A DNA stretch of 64,000 nt. It comes from an uncultured Alistipes sp. (GTDB taxonomy: Bacteria; Bacteroidota; Bacteroidia; Bacteroidales; Rikenellaceae). Location: the NCBI GenBank assembly GCA_964532025.1, contig CAZHEY010000006.1:6856-70855 (forward strand), read 5' to 3'. The notes below the pieces were generated by a model. The model searched no databases, had not been told where the DNA came from, and saw only the letters and a program-made list of their open reading frames with translations. Every line of letters begins with the position of its first letter. Position 1 is the first letter of the stretch. The position numbers and the translations under genes are program-made. Below are positions 20,445 through 30,213 of the stretch, in pieces.

Positions 20445-21203
20445 TTACCAGTTTTTCTTACCGCGGACAACCACGCCCTGTTTCTCTTTGAGCTTCTCTT
20501 GGGTCTTATCCTCCTGAGCCTGAATCGCATCGAGCATCTGTTGCTGCTCCTGCGGCGAAATCTTGCCTTCGGCCTGCTGCGGAGCATCGTGCTCCTTCTG
20601 CTGCTTCGGATCGCCCTTGTCGGGTTGCGGCTGGTTTTGCTGATCCTTATTCTGATCGCCTTTATTCTGCTGATCTTTGTTCTGATCGCCCTTATTTTGC
20701 TGATCCTTATTCTGGTCGTCCTTGTTCTGTTGATCCTTATTCTGATCTCCACCGCCACCGTCCTTGTTCTGGTCGAGCAGGTGTTTGGTGTAGGCATAGT
20801 TGTATTTAGCCTCCTGATCGGCCGGATTCAGACGCAGCGACTGTTTGTAGCTCTCGAGAGCCTCCTTGTATTTTTTCTGCTTGAACTGGGCGTTGCCAAG
20901 GTTGTAGAAGGTTTCGGCACGCTCCTGTTCGTTGCGTAGCGAATCGGCAGCCGCCTGCGCCAAGGTCTGCTCGGCACGGTCGAAACGCTCGGCTTTGTAG
21001 AGGGCATTGCCCAGGTTGTACATCGCCTCGAACTGTTGCGGAGCGACCTGTATCGCCTGCTCGTAGCGTCCGATGCTCTGTTCGTAGTTGCCTTTGTTGA
21101 ACTGGCGGTTGCCCTTGCGCACCAAGCCCCGCTCGGGCATCTGCTGCGCCGAGAGGCTGCCTGCGGCAAACAAGAATAGAATATATAAGAGTTTACGCAT
21201 CAC
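20445..21203 (-). CDS. batC: BatC, TPR protein with Q/N/K/D-rich repeat linker
   Basis: TPR motifs YNLGNALYK and YNLGNAQF, low-complexity QQNKGDQNKD repeats, C-terminal QEDKTQEK...KNW. Confidence 0.85.
   Translation of the reverse strand: MMRKLLYILFLFAAGSLSAQQMPERGLVRKGNRQFNKGNYEQSIGRYEQAIQVAPQQFEAMYNLGNALYKAERFDRAEQTLAQAAADSLRNEQERAETFYNLGNAQFKQKKYKEALESYKQSLRLNPADQEAKYNYAYTKHLLDQNKDGGGGDQNKDQQNKDDQNKDQQNKGDQNKDQQNKGDQNKDQQNQPQPDKGDPKQQKEHDAPQQAEGKISPQEQQQMLDAIQAQEDKTQEKLKEKQGVVVRGKKNW
20641..20748 (-). repeat. Coding tandem repeat (30-bp unit; QQNK(G/D)DQNKD) inside batC
   Basis: Recurrent TGATCCTTATTCTG... units every 30 bp. Confidence 0.8.
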
Positions 21204-22171
21204 TTCCGGGGTTTTGATTCTGACTCATCCTCCGGCTCTTCGTCGTCGACCTCTTTGGTCTCCTCGACAAAGTAATACGCCTTCAGGTAGTCGGCTTCGT
21301 TCTGCTCGCTTTCGGGCATCGCCTTGGCGAATTTCACCAGATCGGCATCGCGCAGTATGGCGACCAGATCCATCGACGCCTTGTCGGGCAGCTCCACTTC
21401 GCGCATGGCTTCGACGATCTCGTCGGAGGTCATCTCCATGGCACTGATCGACCAGCGTCCGGCGATGTAGGTACGCAGGATGTCGGTCAAGGCAGAGTAG
21501 TATTGTTTGTGGCGGCTATTCTGCCAAAGTTTCTGGTTGTGGAGTGCTTCAAGAGCCTGAATGGCTGCCACGTGCGGCGGCAGCGGCGGTGTGGGTTTGA
21601 ACAGGTCGCCAAACCGCTTGCCGCGTTGTGCCAAGTAGTAGCGCAGGGCAAAGAATACCCCGACAAGCAACACGAGAACCCACCCGGCAACGGTCATGTA
21701 GCCGCGGATCTCGGAAAAGCGGAACGGCAGATTCTTCTGCCCTTTGATATCGTAGATCGACTGCGAAGTGGAGTCGATCTGGAATGTGGTCACCTCCAGA
21801 TAGATCGAGTCTTTGCCGGAGAGTGTATCGACGATGTTCTTATCGGCAAACAGCACGCGTGCCGCGCCGAGGTTGTATTTACCCTCCTCGAATGCAGCCA
21901 GACGGTAACGTTTGCGCAGCTTCAGGTGGCGGCCGTCGCGTTCGAGCGTATCGACGGGCAGGCTCTTCACCAGTTCGAGTTTTCCGTCCTTGGGGGCGAA
22001 TTCGGGGAACTCAACCACCTGCACGAGGTCTTTCTCGACCTCGATCACGTAGTCGAACCGATCGCCGATACCGATGCTATCCGGCTCGGCAAAGCCCCGG
22101 ATAGTCGGTTGGTTTTGAGCCGCAGCCGAGAGCGCAAACAGCAGGGTCGCTAAAAATGTGAATCGTTTCAT
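21200..22171 (-). CDS. Bat-operon membrane protein (DUF4381-like)
   Basis: Signal peptide, single TM segment, YYSALTDILRTYI, EMTSDE and ADLVKFAK; conserved position after DUF58. Confidence 0.75.
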   Translation of the reverse strand: MKRFTFLATLLFALSAAAQNQPTIRGFAEPDSIGIGDRFDYVIEVEKDLVQVVEFPEFAPKDGKLELVKSLPVDTLERDGRHLKLRKRYRLAAFEEGKYNLGAARVLFADKNIVDTLSGKDSIYLEVTTFQIDSTSQSIYDIKGQKNLPFRFSEIRGYMTVAGWVLVLLVGVFFALRYYLAQRGKRFGDLFKPTPPLPPHVAAIQALEALHNQKLWQNSRHKQYYSALTDILRTYIAGRWSISAMEMTSDEIVEAMREVELPDKASMDLVAILRDADLVKFAKAMPESEQNEADYLKAYYFVEETKEVDDEEPEDESESKPRK

Positions 22172-23052
22172 CGCTGTTTGAAAAGTTTGATTAGTTCGGC
22201 CACATAGTCCCCGTCGGTGGGGATCAGTGCCGTATCAATCCGGTTGTGTTTGAGCGTCTGGTCGATCTGCTCGCCGCGCTCCTGCCACGAAGTGGCGTAG
22301 TGTTCGCGCACGGCACGTGACGAGGTGTCGACCCAAACCTTGCGGCCGGTTTCGGCATCCTTGAGTTCGACGATTCCGACGTTGGGCAGTTCGGCTTCAC
22401 GCGGATCGTAGATGCGGATGCCGACCAGATCGTGTTTTCCGCCGGCGATCTTCAGCGCGTCTTCGAGTGCCGCATGATCCTTCGTCGAATCGAGGAAGTC
22501 CGAGAGGATGAAGGTCGTGCAGCGTTTCTTGTTGACGTTGGTCAGGAAACGCACCGGCTCGGAGAGCTTCGTGCCGAGGGATTCGGGGCGGAACTCGATC
22601 AGTTCGCGGATAATCATCAGCACGTGGCTGCGCCCCTTCTTCGGGGGGATGAACTTCTCGACCCGGTCGGAAAAGAAGATGCACCCCACCTTGTCGTTGT
22701 TCTGCGCGGCGGAAAAGGCCAGCACAGCGGCGATTTCGGTGATGATGTTTTTCTTCAGCCGATCCGTCGAACCGAACATGCGCGATCCCGAGACGTCGAC
22801 CAGCAACATCATCGTCAACTCGCGCTCCTCCTCATAGATCTTGATGTGGGGTTTCGACGAACGAGCCGTGACATTCCAATCAATATCACGCACATCGTCT
22901 CCGGCGCGGTATTCGCGCACCTCGGAAAACGACATGCCTCGTCCGCGGAAAGCCGTATGGTACTTTCCGGCGAAAATCTCGTTCGACAGACCGCGAGTTT
23001 TGATCTCGATCTTACGGACTCGTCTGAGAATATCGTTCTCTGTCTCCTGCAT
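22168..23052 (-). CDS. DUF58 VWA-like protein
   Basis: GMSFSEVREY, DIDWNVTAR, EEERE and DVSGS; follows the MoxR gene. Confidence 0.9.
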   Translation of the reverse strand: MQETENDILRRVRKIEIKTRGLSNEIFAGKYHTAFRGRGMSFSEVREYRAGDDVRDIDWNVTARSSKPHIKIYEEERELTMMLLVDVSGSRMFGSTDRLKKNIITEIAAVLAFSAAQNNDKVGCIFFSDRVEKFIPPKKGRSHVLMIIRELIEFRPESLGTKLSEPVRFLTNVNKKRCTTFILSDFLDSTKDHAALEDALKIAGGKHDLVGIRIYDPREAELPNVGIVELKDAETGRKVWVDTSSRAVREHYATSWQERGEQIDQTLKHNRIDTALIPTDGDYVAELIKLFKQR

Positions 23053-23054
23053 CG

Positions 23055-24053
23055 TTAGGGTACGATTACGTTGTTGAGTATGTCGGTGATGATCTCCTCG
23101 GTCGAGATGTTCTCGGCTTCGGCCTCGTAGGTCAGCCCGATACGGTGACGCAGCACGTCGTGGCAGACGGCACGCACATCCTCGGGAATGACGTAGCCGC
23201 GGCGACGAATGAAGGCGTAGGCACGGGCGGCCTTGGCCAGCGAAATCGACGCACGGGGCGAACCGCCGTAAGAGATCAGGTTCTGCAACTTCTGGAGGTT
23301 GTATTCGGCCGGCTCGCGAGTCGCGAAGATGATGTCGATGATGTATTTCTCGATCTTCTCGTCCATATAGACATCCTCAACCACCTTGCGGGCTTTGATG
23401 ATGTCCTCGGGAGCGATGACCTTGTTGACCTCGGGCATGCCGTTGCCATTGAGATTCATGCGAACGATATCGCGCTCCTCCTGCTTCTTGGGGTAGGAGA
23501 TCTTCGCCTTGAGCATGAAACGGTCGACCTGCGCCTCGGGCAGCGGGTATGTCCCCTCCTGCTCCAGCGGGTTCTGCGTAGCCAGCACGAGGAAGGGTTG
23601 CGGCAGCGGGTAGGTGGTCTCACCGATAGTCACCTGACGCTCCTGCATGGCCTCCAGCAACGCCGACTGCACCTTGGCCGGAGAACGGTTGATCTCATCG
23701 GCCAGCACGAAGTTGGCAAACACAGGGCCTTTCTTGACCACAAATTCCTCGTTCTTCTGCGAGTAGATCAGCGTACCGATCAGGTCGGCCGGCAGCAGGT
23801 CGGGGGTGAACTGAATACGCGAAAAGTTGGCATTGACGGCTTTGGCCAGCGTGGTAATCGCCAACGTTTTGGCCAGTCCCGGCACACCTTCGAGCAGGAT
23901 GTGGCCGTTGGACAGCAGGCCGATCAGCAACGTATCGACCAAGTGACTCTGGCCGATGATGACTTTGCCCATTTCATTGCGGAGCGTATCCACAAAGACG
24001 CTTTCGCGTTCGATGCGCTCGTTGAGTTCCTTGATGTTAATGACTTCGCTCAT
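23055..24053 (-). CDS. moxR: MoxR-family AAA+ ATPase
   Basis: LEGVPGLAKT, RIQFTPDLLPAD, DEINRSPAKVQSALLE and LPEAQVDRF motifs. Confidence 0.95.
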   Translation of the reverse strand: MSEVINIKELNERIERESVFVDTLRNEMGKVIIGQSHLVDTLLIGLLSNGHILLEGVPGLAKTLAITTLAKAVNANFSRIQFTPDLLPADLIGTLIYSQKNEEFVVKKGPVFANFVLADEINRSPAKVQSALLEAMQERQVTIGETTYPLPQPFLVLATQNPLEQEGTYPLPEAQVDRFMLKAKISYPKKQEERDIVRMNLNGNGMPEVNKVIAPEDIIKARKVVEDVYMDEKIEKYIIDIIFATREPAEYNLQKLQNLISYGGSPRASISLAKAARAYAFIRRRGYVIPEDVRAVCHDVLRHRIGLTYEAEAENISTEEIITDILNNVIVP

Positions 24054-24200
24054 TGTTTTTTATATAATAATATTTCAGATCTATTTGTTTAGCTAACGAC
24101 GGGTCTACAAAAATATTGCAAATTTAGAAAATATTGGTTGAAGTTGCTACCGGATAGCCAATTTTTTATTATATTTGTAGAAACCCCAAACCAACCGCTT

Positions 24201-24893
24201 ATGAAAAAATATATTTTTTCAGCCACTAAAGCAGCGTTTCTGTTGACTACACTCTTGTTGTGCGCCTGCCCAAGCTCCCCATATACGAACTATTATACCA
24301 ACTCATTTGTATTATTCTATTCTCCATATAAACTCGATACGATTTACTTAAGGAGTGCCCATAATCAAATGGGGCCTCTGCCGGATGACAATCTTTCGTA
24401 CGGCATCTTTATCAAGGGCACCGGGAAAATGGGAATAGAATCCACCGGGGCCGAAAAAGAAATTTACGATGCGGTCTGCGAAAAACATCAAGACCTAACC
24501 TACAATCGCAACGTCAAAATTTATTGGGGATACGATTATGATTGCCGTTGTTATTGGGATTTTACCGAGTTCGATGTTTGGAGTTCCGCAGAGTGGGACT
24601 CGCAGCATCCGGCTGGAAGTTCGTTAGGCGATATCGCGCGTTTTGTGAGCAATACGCCCCTACCCTATATCCAAAGCGGCTATAAGCAAAAGCACCCGAC
24701 AGGCGGTGCGTATTATCCCATTGACTGCCTTGTCTCGGAGCTAAAGCCAGCTGATTTGACCTTGTTGCCTGCCAGTGGCTTTTGGCTGCGCTTTACGCAT
24801 CCGCCTACAAAGCCCGGGCCGCATACCCTTTCGATTCGACTTACAACCGACGAGGGGGTTAAATACGAAACAAAGTGGGGTGTCGTGTATTAA
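24201..24893 (+). CDS. Hypothetical lipoprotein
   Basis: Lipoprotein-type signal (LLLCAC). TATATTTG promoter just upstream. AT-rich. Confidence 0.7.
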   Translation: MKKYIFSATKAAFLLTTLLLCACPSSPYTNYYTNSFVLFYSPYKLDTIYLRSAHNQMGPLPDDNLSYGIFIKGTGKMGIESTGAEKEIYDAVCEKHQDLTYNRNVKIYWGYDYDCRCYWDFTEFDVWSSAEWDSQHPAGSSLGDIARFVSNTPLPYIQSGYKQKHPTGGAYYPIDCLVSELKPADLTLLPASGFWLRFTHPPTKPGPHTLSIRLTTDEGVKYETKWGVVY

Positions 24894-24919
24894 GGCTACG
24901 ATTTTCCTCGTGTTTTTCT

Positions 24920-24951
24920 AATTTGAGCGCCCCCCGAAGGGCGCTCAAATT
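24920..24951 (+). terminator. Intrinsic terminator-like hairpin
   Basis: AATTTGAGCGCCC-cccgaa-GGGCGCTCAAATT. Confidence 0.75.
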
Positions 24952-24989
24952 TATTGGTAAAATTCCGGATTTGTTATAACTTTGCGGGC

Positions 24990-27479
24990 ATGGAATCTAA
25001 AGAATCACCTATCTTATCCGGCTTAAACCCCGCACAGCACGATGCAGTAGTCAATTACGACTCGCCCTCGCTGATCATTGCCGGGGCAGGATCGGGCAAA
25101 ACGCGCGTACTCACGGCGCGCATCGCCTACATGATCGAACAGGGCGTAGCCCCGTTCAACATTCTGGCGCTCACCTTCACCAACAAAGCCGCCGAGCAGA
25201 TGCGGCAGCGCATTGCGCAGATGATCCCCGACAACCGAAGCCGATATATCCGCATGGGTACGTTTCACTCGGTTTTCGCACGGATTCTGCGCGAGAATGC
25301 GACACGCATCGGCTTCGCCGATTCGTTTACGATCTACGAGCCGTCGGACTGCAAGAACCTCATCAAGACAATCGTGCGCGAGCTGAATCTGGCCGACGAG
25401 AGATACAAACCCAACCTGATTGCCTCGCGCATCTCCTTCGCCAAGAACTGTCTGGTGACCCCGGGGGCTTATTTAGCCAACACGACCTACGCCACCGAAG
25501 ACCGGCAGGCGCAGATTCCCGAATTCGGCAACATCTACAACATCTACTGCCAGCGATGCAAGCGCAACGGGGCAATGGATTTCGACGACTTGCTGTTGCA
25601 GACCAACATCCTCTTGCGCGACTGCCCCGATGTGCTGGCGCGCTATCAGGAGCTGTTCCACTACATTCTGGTCGATGAGTATCAGGACACCAACTACGCA
25701 CAATATGTCATCATCCGCCGCCTCTCGCAGATCCATTCGAAGGTGTGCGTGGTGGGTGACGACGCACAGTCGATCTACTCGTTCCGCGGCGCAAAGATCG
25801 AGAACATCCTCTCGTTCAAGAAGGATTTCCCCAACGCCATGGTCTTCAAACTCGAGCAGAACTACCGCTCGACACGCACGATCGTCGACGCGGCGAATTC
25901 GGTGATCGTCCGCAACTCGAAACGTATGGAGAAGCATTGCTTCTCGGCCGGTGAGCAGGGCGAGAAGATCCGAATCCTGAAGGCTTACACCGACCGCGAA
26001 GAGGCCGAAATGGTCGTCAGCGACCTGCGCGACAAGGTGCGCGCCGCCGAGGATCTGTGGTCGGAGGTGGTGATTCTCTACCGCACGAACAACCAGTCGG
26101 CCGTACTGGAGGACAACCTGCGCCGCCGGGGCATCCCCTACCGCATCTACAAAGGCTCGTCGTTCTACGACCACAAGGAGATCCGCGACCTGATGGCCTA
26201 CATCCGGCTGGTGGTCAACCCGCGCGACGACGAGGCGTTTAAGCGCATCATCAACTACCCGACGCGCGGCATCGGCGAGACGACCGTGCTGCGCATTGCC
26301 CAGCTGGCCGCCGAACGCGGAGTCTCGATGTGGGAGGCGGTCGATGCGCTGGTCGAAGAGCCGGTGACCGATTCCATGCAACGAGCAATCGTGCGCAAGG
26401 TGACCGAGTTCGTCGGCATGATTCGGGCATTGTCGCTGGCACGGGTCGACAAAGGTCTTTACGATTTCGGTATGGAGATCGCTTCGCGGTCGGGGATCAT
26501 CGCCGCATACCGTGCCGAGAATACGCCCGAGGCCACCTCGGCACTGGACAACATCGAAGAGCTGCTCAACTCGATGCAACTCTTCAAGGAGCAGCGCGAT
26601 GCCGAGATCCGCAACGGCGAGCGACCCACCGAAGAGGAGGCGACAATCGAGGAGTGGTTGCAGAACGTCATGCTGATGACCGACATGGACAAAGACGACC
26701 CCGAGGATCAGAACAAAGTGACGCTGATGACCGTCCATTCGGCCAAGGGTCTCGAGTATAAATACGTGTATATCGTCGGGCTGGAGGAGAATCTCTTCCC
26801 CTCGCAGCGTGCTACCGAGTCGCCCGACGGCATCGAGGAGGAGCGTCGCTTGTTCTACGTAGCGTTGACGCGCGCCAAGGTTGCGGCGACGATCTCCTAT
26901 GCCGAGATGCGATTCAAATGGGGCAACATGGAGTTCTCGCGGCCAAGCTGTTTCCTGCGCGAGATCGACCCGAAATATATCGAAACCGAGGCTGATTTCG
27001 GCGAAGAGCGTGCGTCGCGCAGCGATTCGGCGGAGGGCAGCACGGCAATCGACGCCCTGCGCAAACGCTTCGACTACCGTTTCAAGCAGCAGAACCAATC
27101 GGGCGGCGGTTCGAAATACGGCACACGCAACGGCGGCGAATTCAGCCGTCCGGCCGACGGCGAATCGGGCACGGCACGCCGGTTTTCGCGCACAACACAA
27201 CCCCAGCGCACGAGCCAAGCACCCAATCCGCAGATCGTCCAGCCCTTGCGTCCCTCGACCGAGAGCATGCGCCGTCTCGGGGTTCGGTCGGCGGAGAGTA
27301 GCGCAGTTGCCTCGCCGAGCGAATATACGGTCGGCCAACGCGTCGAGCACCAGAAGTTCGGCGTCGGGATCGTGCAGCGGATCGAAACGCTGGCCACGGA
27401 TCACAAACTGGTCGTTGCATTCGAGGGGGCAGGCGAGAAGACGCTGCTGGCCAAATTTGCCAAACTAACCAAACTCTAA
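24990..27479 (+). CDS. pcrA: UvrD/PcrA ATP-dependent DNA helicase
   Basis: AGAGSGKT, FTNKAA, VDEYQD, QNYRST, TVHSAKGLE and EERRLFYVALTRA motifs; C-terminal Tudor-like VEHQKFGVG. Confidence 0.95.
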   Translation: MESKESPILSGLNPAQHDAVVNYDSPSLIIAGAGSGKTRVLTARIAYMIEQGVAPFNILALTFTNKAAEQMRQRIAQMIPDNRSRYIRMGTFHSVFARILRENATRIGFADSFTIYEPSDCKNLIKTIVRELNLADERYKPNLIASRISFAKNCLVTPGAYLANTTYATEDRQAQIPEFGNIYNIYCQRCKRNGAMDFDDLLLQTNILLRDCPDVLARYQELFHYILVDEYQDTNYAQYVIIRRLSQIHSKVCVVGDDAQSIYSFRGAKIENILSFKKDFPNAMVFKLEQNYRSTRTIVDAANSVIVRNSKRMEKHCFSAGEQGEKIRILKAYTDREEAEMVVSDLRDKVRAAEDLWSEVVILYRTNNQSAVLEDNLRRRGIPYRIYKGSSFYDHKEIRDLMAYIRLVVNPRDDEAFKRIINYPTRGIGETTVLRIAQLAAERGVSMWEAVDALVEEPVTDSMQRAIVRKVTEFVGMIRALSLARVDKGLYDFGMEIASRSGIIAAYRAENTPEATSALDNIEELLNSMQLFKEQRDAEIRNGERPTEEEATIEEWLQNVMLMTDMDKDDPEDQNKVTLMTVHSAKGLEYKYVYIVGLEENLFPSQRATESPDGIEEERRLFYVALTRAKVAATISYAEMRFKWGNMEFSRPSCFLREIDPKYIETEADFGEERASRSDSAEGSTAIDALRKRFDYRFKQQNQSGGGSKYGTRNGGEFSRPADGESGTARRFSRTTQPQRTSQAPNPQIVQPLRPSTESMRRLGVRSAESSAVASPSEYTVGQRVEHQKFGVGIVQRIETLATDHKLVVAFEGAGEKTLLAKFAKLTKL

Positions 27480-27485
27480 CAGACG

Positions 27486-28424
27486 ATGGAAACACAGCCG
27501 TTGGTGTCGGTCTGCATGACCACCTACAACCACGAAGTCTATCTTCGGGAGGCGATAGAGAGCATTCTCGCGCAGCAGACCACCTTCGAGGTGGAATTGG
27601 TGCTGGGCGAGGATTGCAGCACGGACGCCACGCGAGCTATCTGCGAGGAGTATGTCACCAACTACCCGGGTCGCGTGCGGCTGATTGCCGCGACCAAGAA
27701 TGTCGGCTGGCGAGCCAACTACCGCCGCACGTTCGATGCCTGCCGGGGGAGATACGTCGCCTACTGCGACGGCGACGACTGGTGGTGCGACCCACAAAAA
27801 TTGCAGCAGCAGGTCGACCTGCTGGAGTCCGATCCCGACTGCGGCATGTGTTATACGCGCGCCCTGAATTTCTACCAGACATCGGGGCAGACCGAGCCGG
27901 ATCATCCGGCATATTACACCGACTTCGACCACTTGCTATACAGCCTGACGATCACCAACTGTGCCACCGTGGCTCGGCGCGAGCTGATCGCCCGCTACTA
28001 CGACGAGGTGCGCCCCGAAACGCATCCCGAATGGAAAACCGACGATGCACCGATGTGGCTCTGGTTTTCGGTTTGCAGCCGGATCTGCCACCTGCCCGCT
28101 ATCACGGCGATCCACCGCCGCCTGTCGAACAGTGTGAGCCACAGCTCCGACTACCTCGGGCGCATCGCCTTCTGCGATTCGCTCATGGAGATCAGCCTTT
28201 GGTTCGATGCCCACTACGGCGACCGGCGCAACCGGCTGCGCATCCTGCGGCGGCGCAGTTCCGTGGCATTGTGGGTGCTCTCGCACAACGGGCCTGTCGG
28301 CGAATACCTGCGTCGCTGGTGGCGGGATCTATGTGGCTGTCCGCGGCTGCTACTCTGTCCGGAGGGGGCGGGGCTGCTGGTGAAGAAAATCGCATTCCGA
28401 CACAATAAGACGATCCGATCATGA
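27486..28424 (+). CDS. Glycosyltransferase family 2
   Basis: VSVCMTTYN, EDCSTD, GRYVAYCDGDD (DxD) and KLQQQV motifs. Confidence 0.88.
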   Translation: METQPLVSVCMTTYNHEVYLREAIESILAQQTTFEVELVLGEDCSTDATRAICEEYVTNYPGRVRLIAATKNVGWRANYRRTFDACRGRYVAYCDGDDWWCDPQKLQQQVDLLESDPDCGMCYTRALNFYQTSGQTEPDHPAYYTDFDHLLYSLTITNCATVARRELIARYYDEVRPETHPEWKTDDAPMWLWFSVCSRICHLPAITAIHRRLSNSVSHSSDYLGRIAFCDSLMEISLWFDAHYGDRRNRLRILRRRSSVALWVLSHNGPVGEYLRRWWRDLCGCPRLLLCPEGAGLLVKKIAFRHNKTIRS

Positions 28425-29068
28425 CACGAAAAGAGCGTTACGACGGGGTGATTGCTTGGTTCGAGCAGCACATGCCCGTGGCAGAGAGTGAACTTCACTA
28501 CCAAAATCCCTACCAGCTGCTGGTGGCTGTGGCACTCTCGGCGCAATGCACCGACAAGCGGGTCAACATGACCACCCCGGCACTCTTCGAAGCCTACCCG
28601 ACACCGCAGGCCATGGCGCAAGCCACGCAGGAGGAGATCTACGGATACATCAAAAGCATCTCCTACCCCAACAACAAAGCAAAAAATCTCGCAGCCATGG
28701 CGCGCATGCTCTGCACGGAGTTCGGCGGCGAAGTGCCGAGCGACCTCGATGCCTTGCAGCGGCTGCCCGGCGTAGGGCGCAAAACGGCCAACGTATTGGG
28801 GGCTGTGCTGTGGCAACGCGAGGTGATGCCCGTCGATACGCACGTCTTCCGCGTTTCGAACCGCATTGGGCTGACGCTCAACTCAAAGACCCCGCTGCAA
28901 ACCGAGCTGACACTCGAGAAAAACATCCCCTCACATCTGCTGCCGATCGCCCACCATTGGCTGATTCTCCACGGCCGCTACGTCTGCACGGCGCGCGCTC
29001 CCAAATGCACCGAATGTGGGATCGCCACGTGGTGTCGTAAATACGCCGCCGACCAGCAATCACGCTGA
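28421..29068 (+). CDS. nth: Endonuclease III
   Basis: LSAQCTD, HhH motif LPGVGRKTAN, VDTHV, 4Fe-4S cysteine motif CTARAPKCTEC...C. Confidence 0.96.
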   Translation: MTRKERYDGVIAWFEQHMPVAESELHYQNPYQLLVAVALSAQCTDKRVNMTTPALFEAYPTPQAMAQATQEEIYGYIKSISYPNNKAKNLAAMARMLCTEFGGEVPSDLDALQRLPGVGRKTANVLGAVLWQREVMPVDTHVFRVSNRIGLTLNSKTPLQTELTLEKNIPSHLLPIAHHWLILHGRYVCTARAPKCTECGIATWCRKYAADQQSR

Positions 29069-29174
29069 TCCGCGACCCCAATTTCCCGATTATTCGCGCA
29101 ATGCAGAGGACTGAAGTAGAATAATCCTCGTTTTTTTGCTATCTTTGTAAATCTTCATAAAGAAAAAACACCGG

Positions 29175-30206
29175 ATGGAACTATCGGAACAACATATCGA
29201 AAGTCTGCGTGCGATGCTTGCGCGCGAGAACCAACAAATTGTTATTGTGTCACATACGAACCCCGACGGCGATGCCATCGGTTCGTCTTTGGCATGGGCA
29301 AAGGTACTGCGCGGCATGGGACACACGGTGACGTGCATCGTGCCGAACAAATACCCCTACTTCTTGGATTGGATGGACGGCATCGAGGAGATTGTGATCT
29401 TCAAAACCGACACCGAGGGGCGTGCCACCCGGGCTATTGCGTCGGCCGACATGATCTTCTGCCTCGACTTCAACTCAATTTCGCGGCTTGAGATTCTCAG
29501 CGACACGATCGCGGCCAACACCACCGCACGTCGGGTACTGATCGACCACCACCTCTCGCCCGACGAGGGCTTCGACCTGCTGTTCTCCTACCCCGATGCG
29601 TCGAGCACCTGCTATGTAGTCTATGCGATCATCGAAGCCATGTGCGGCGTGCAGGCGATTTCGAAGCCGATGGCCGAGTCGCTCTACGTCGGGATGATGA
29701 CCGACACGGGGAATTTCGCCTTCTCGTTCCTGACGCCCGAGCTGTTTCGCGCCGTGGCCGTGCTGATCGAGTGCGGCATCCGGATTCCGGAGATCCACAA
29801 CAGCGTCTACAACTCCTACACCGAGGGACGTGCCCGACTGTTCGGCTACGCGATCAACCGCAAAATGGAGATCATCCAAGACGGGACGGTTGCCTACATG
29901 TCGTTGATGGAGAACGAAATGCGCCGATTCCAATTCCAGCAGGGCGACAGCGAAGGATTTGTCAACTACGCCCTGACGGTGAAGAAGATGAAGATCTCGG
30001 CCATGTTTCTGGCCCACCGCAAATTCATCCGCGTGTCGTTGCGTTCGCGCGGCGATGTCGACGTAAATCTCTTTGCACGCAAATATTTCAACGGCGGCGG
30101 CCACAAGAATGCGGCCGGCGGAAAGTCGTTCGAAACCATGCAGGAGACGATCGACCACTACAAACGGTCGGTGGCTGAATTTGCCGCCGACGGCTATTTG
30201 GGCTAA
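29175..30206 (+). CDS. DHH/DHHA1 phosphoesterase (NrnA-like)
   Basis: HTNPDGDAIGS, IDHH, TDTG, SLRS and GGGH motifs. Confidence 0.9.
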   Translation: MELSEQHIESLRAMLARENQQIVIVSHTNPDGDAIGSSLAWAKVLRGMGHTVTCIVPNKYPYFLDWMDGIEEIVIFKTDTEGRATRAIASADMIFCLDFNSISRLEILSDTIAANTTARRVLIDHHLSPDEGFDLLFSYPDASSTCYVVYAIIEAMCGVQAISKPMAESLYVGMMTDTGNFAFSFLTPELFRAVAVLIECGIRIPEIHNSVYNSYTEGRARLFGYAINRKMEIIQDGTVAYMSLMENEMRRFQFQQGDSEGFVNYALTVKKMKISAMFLAHRKFIRVSLRSRGDVDVNLFARKYFNGGGHKNAAGGKSFETMQETIDHYKRSVAEFAADGYLG

Positions 30207-30213
30207 ATTCGCT

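Noticed and set aside
25473-27404. 643-aa minus-strand ORF
   Set aside because: Antisense shadow of pcrA. The same applies to the other long opposite-strand ORFs in the track (for example 979-2526, 39052-40410, 43198-44541 and 52635-54107).
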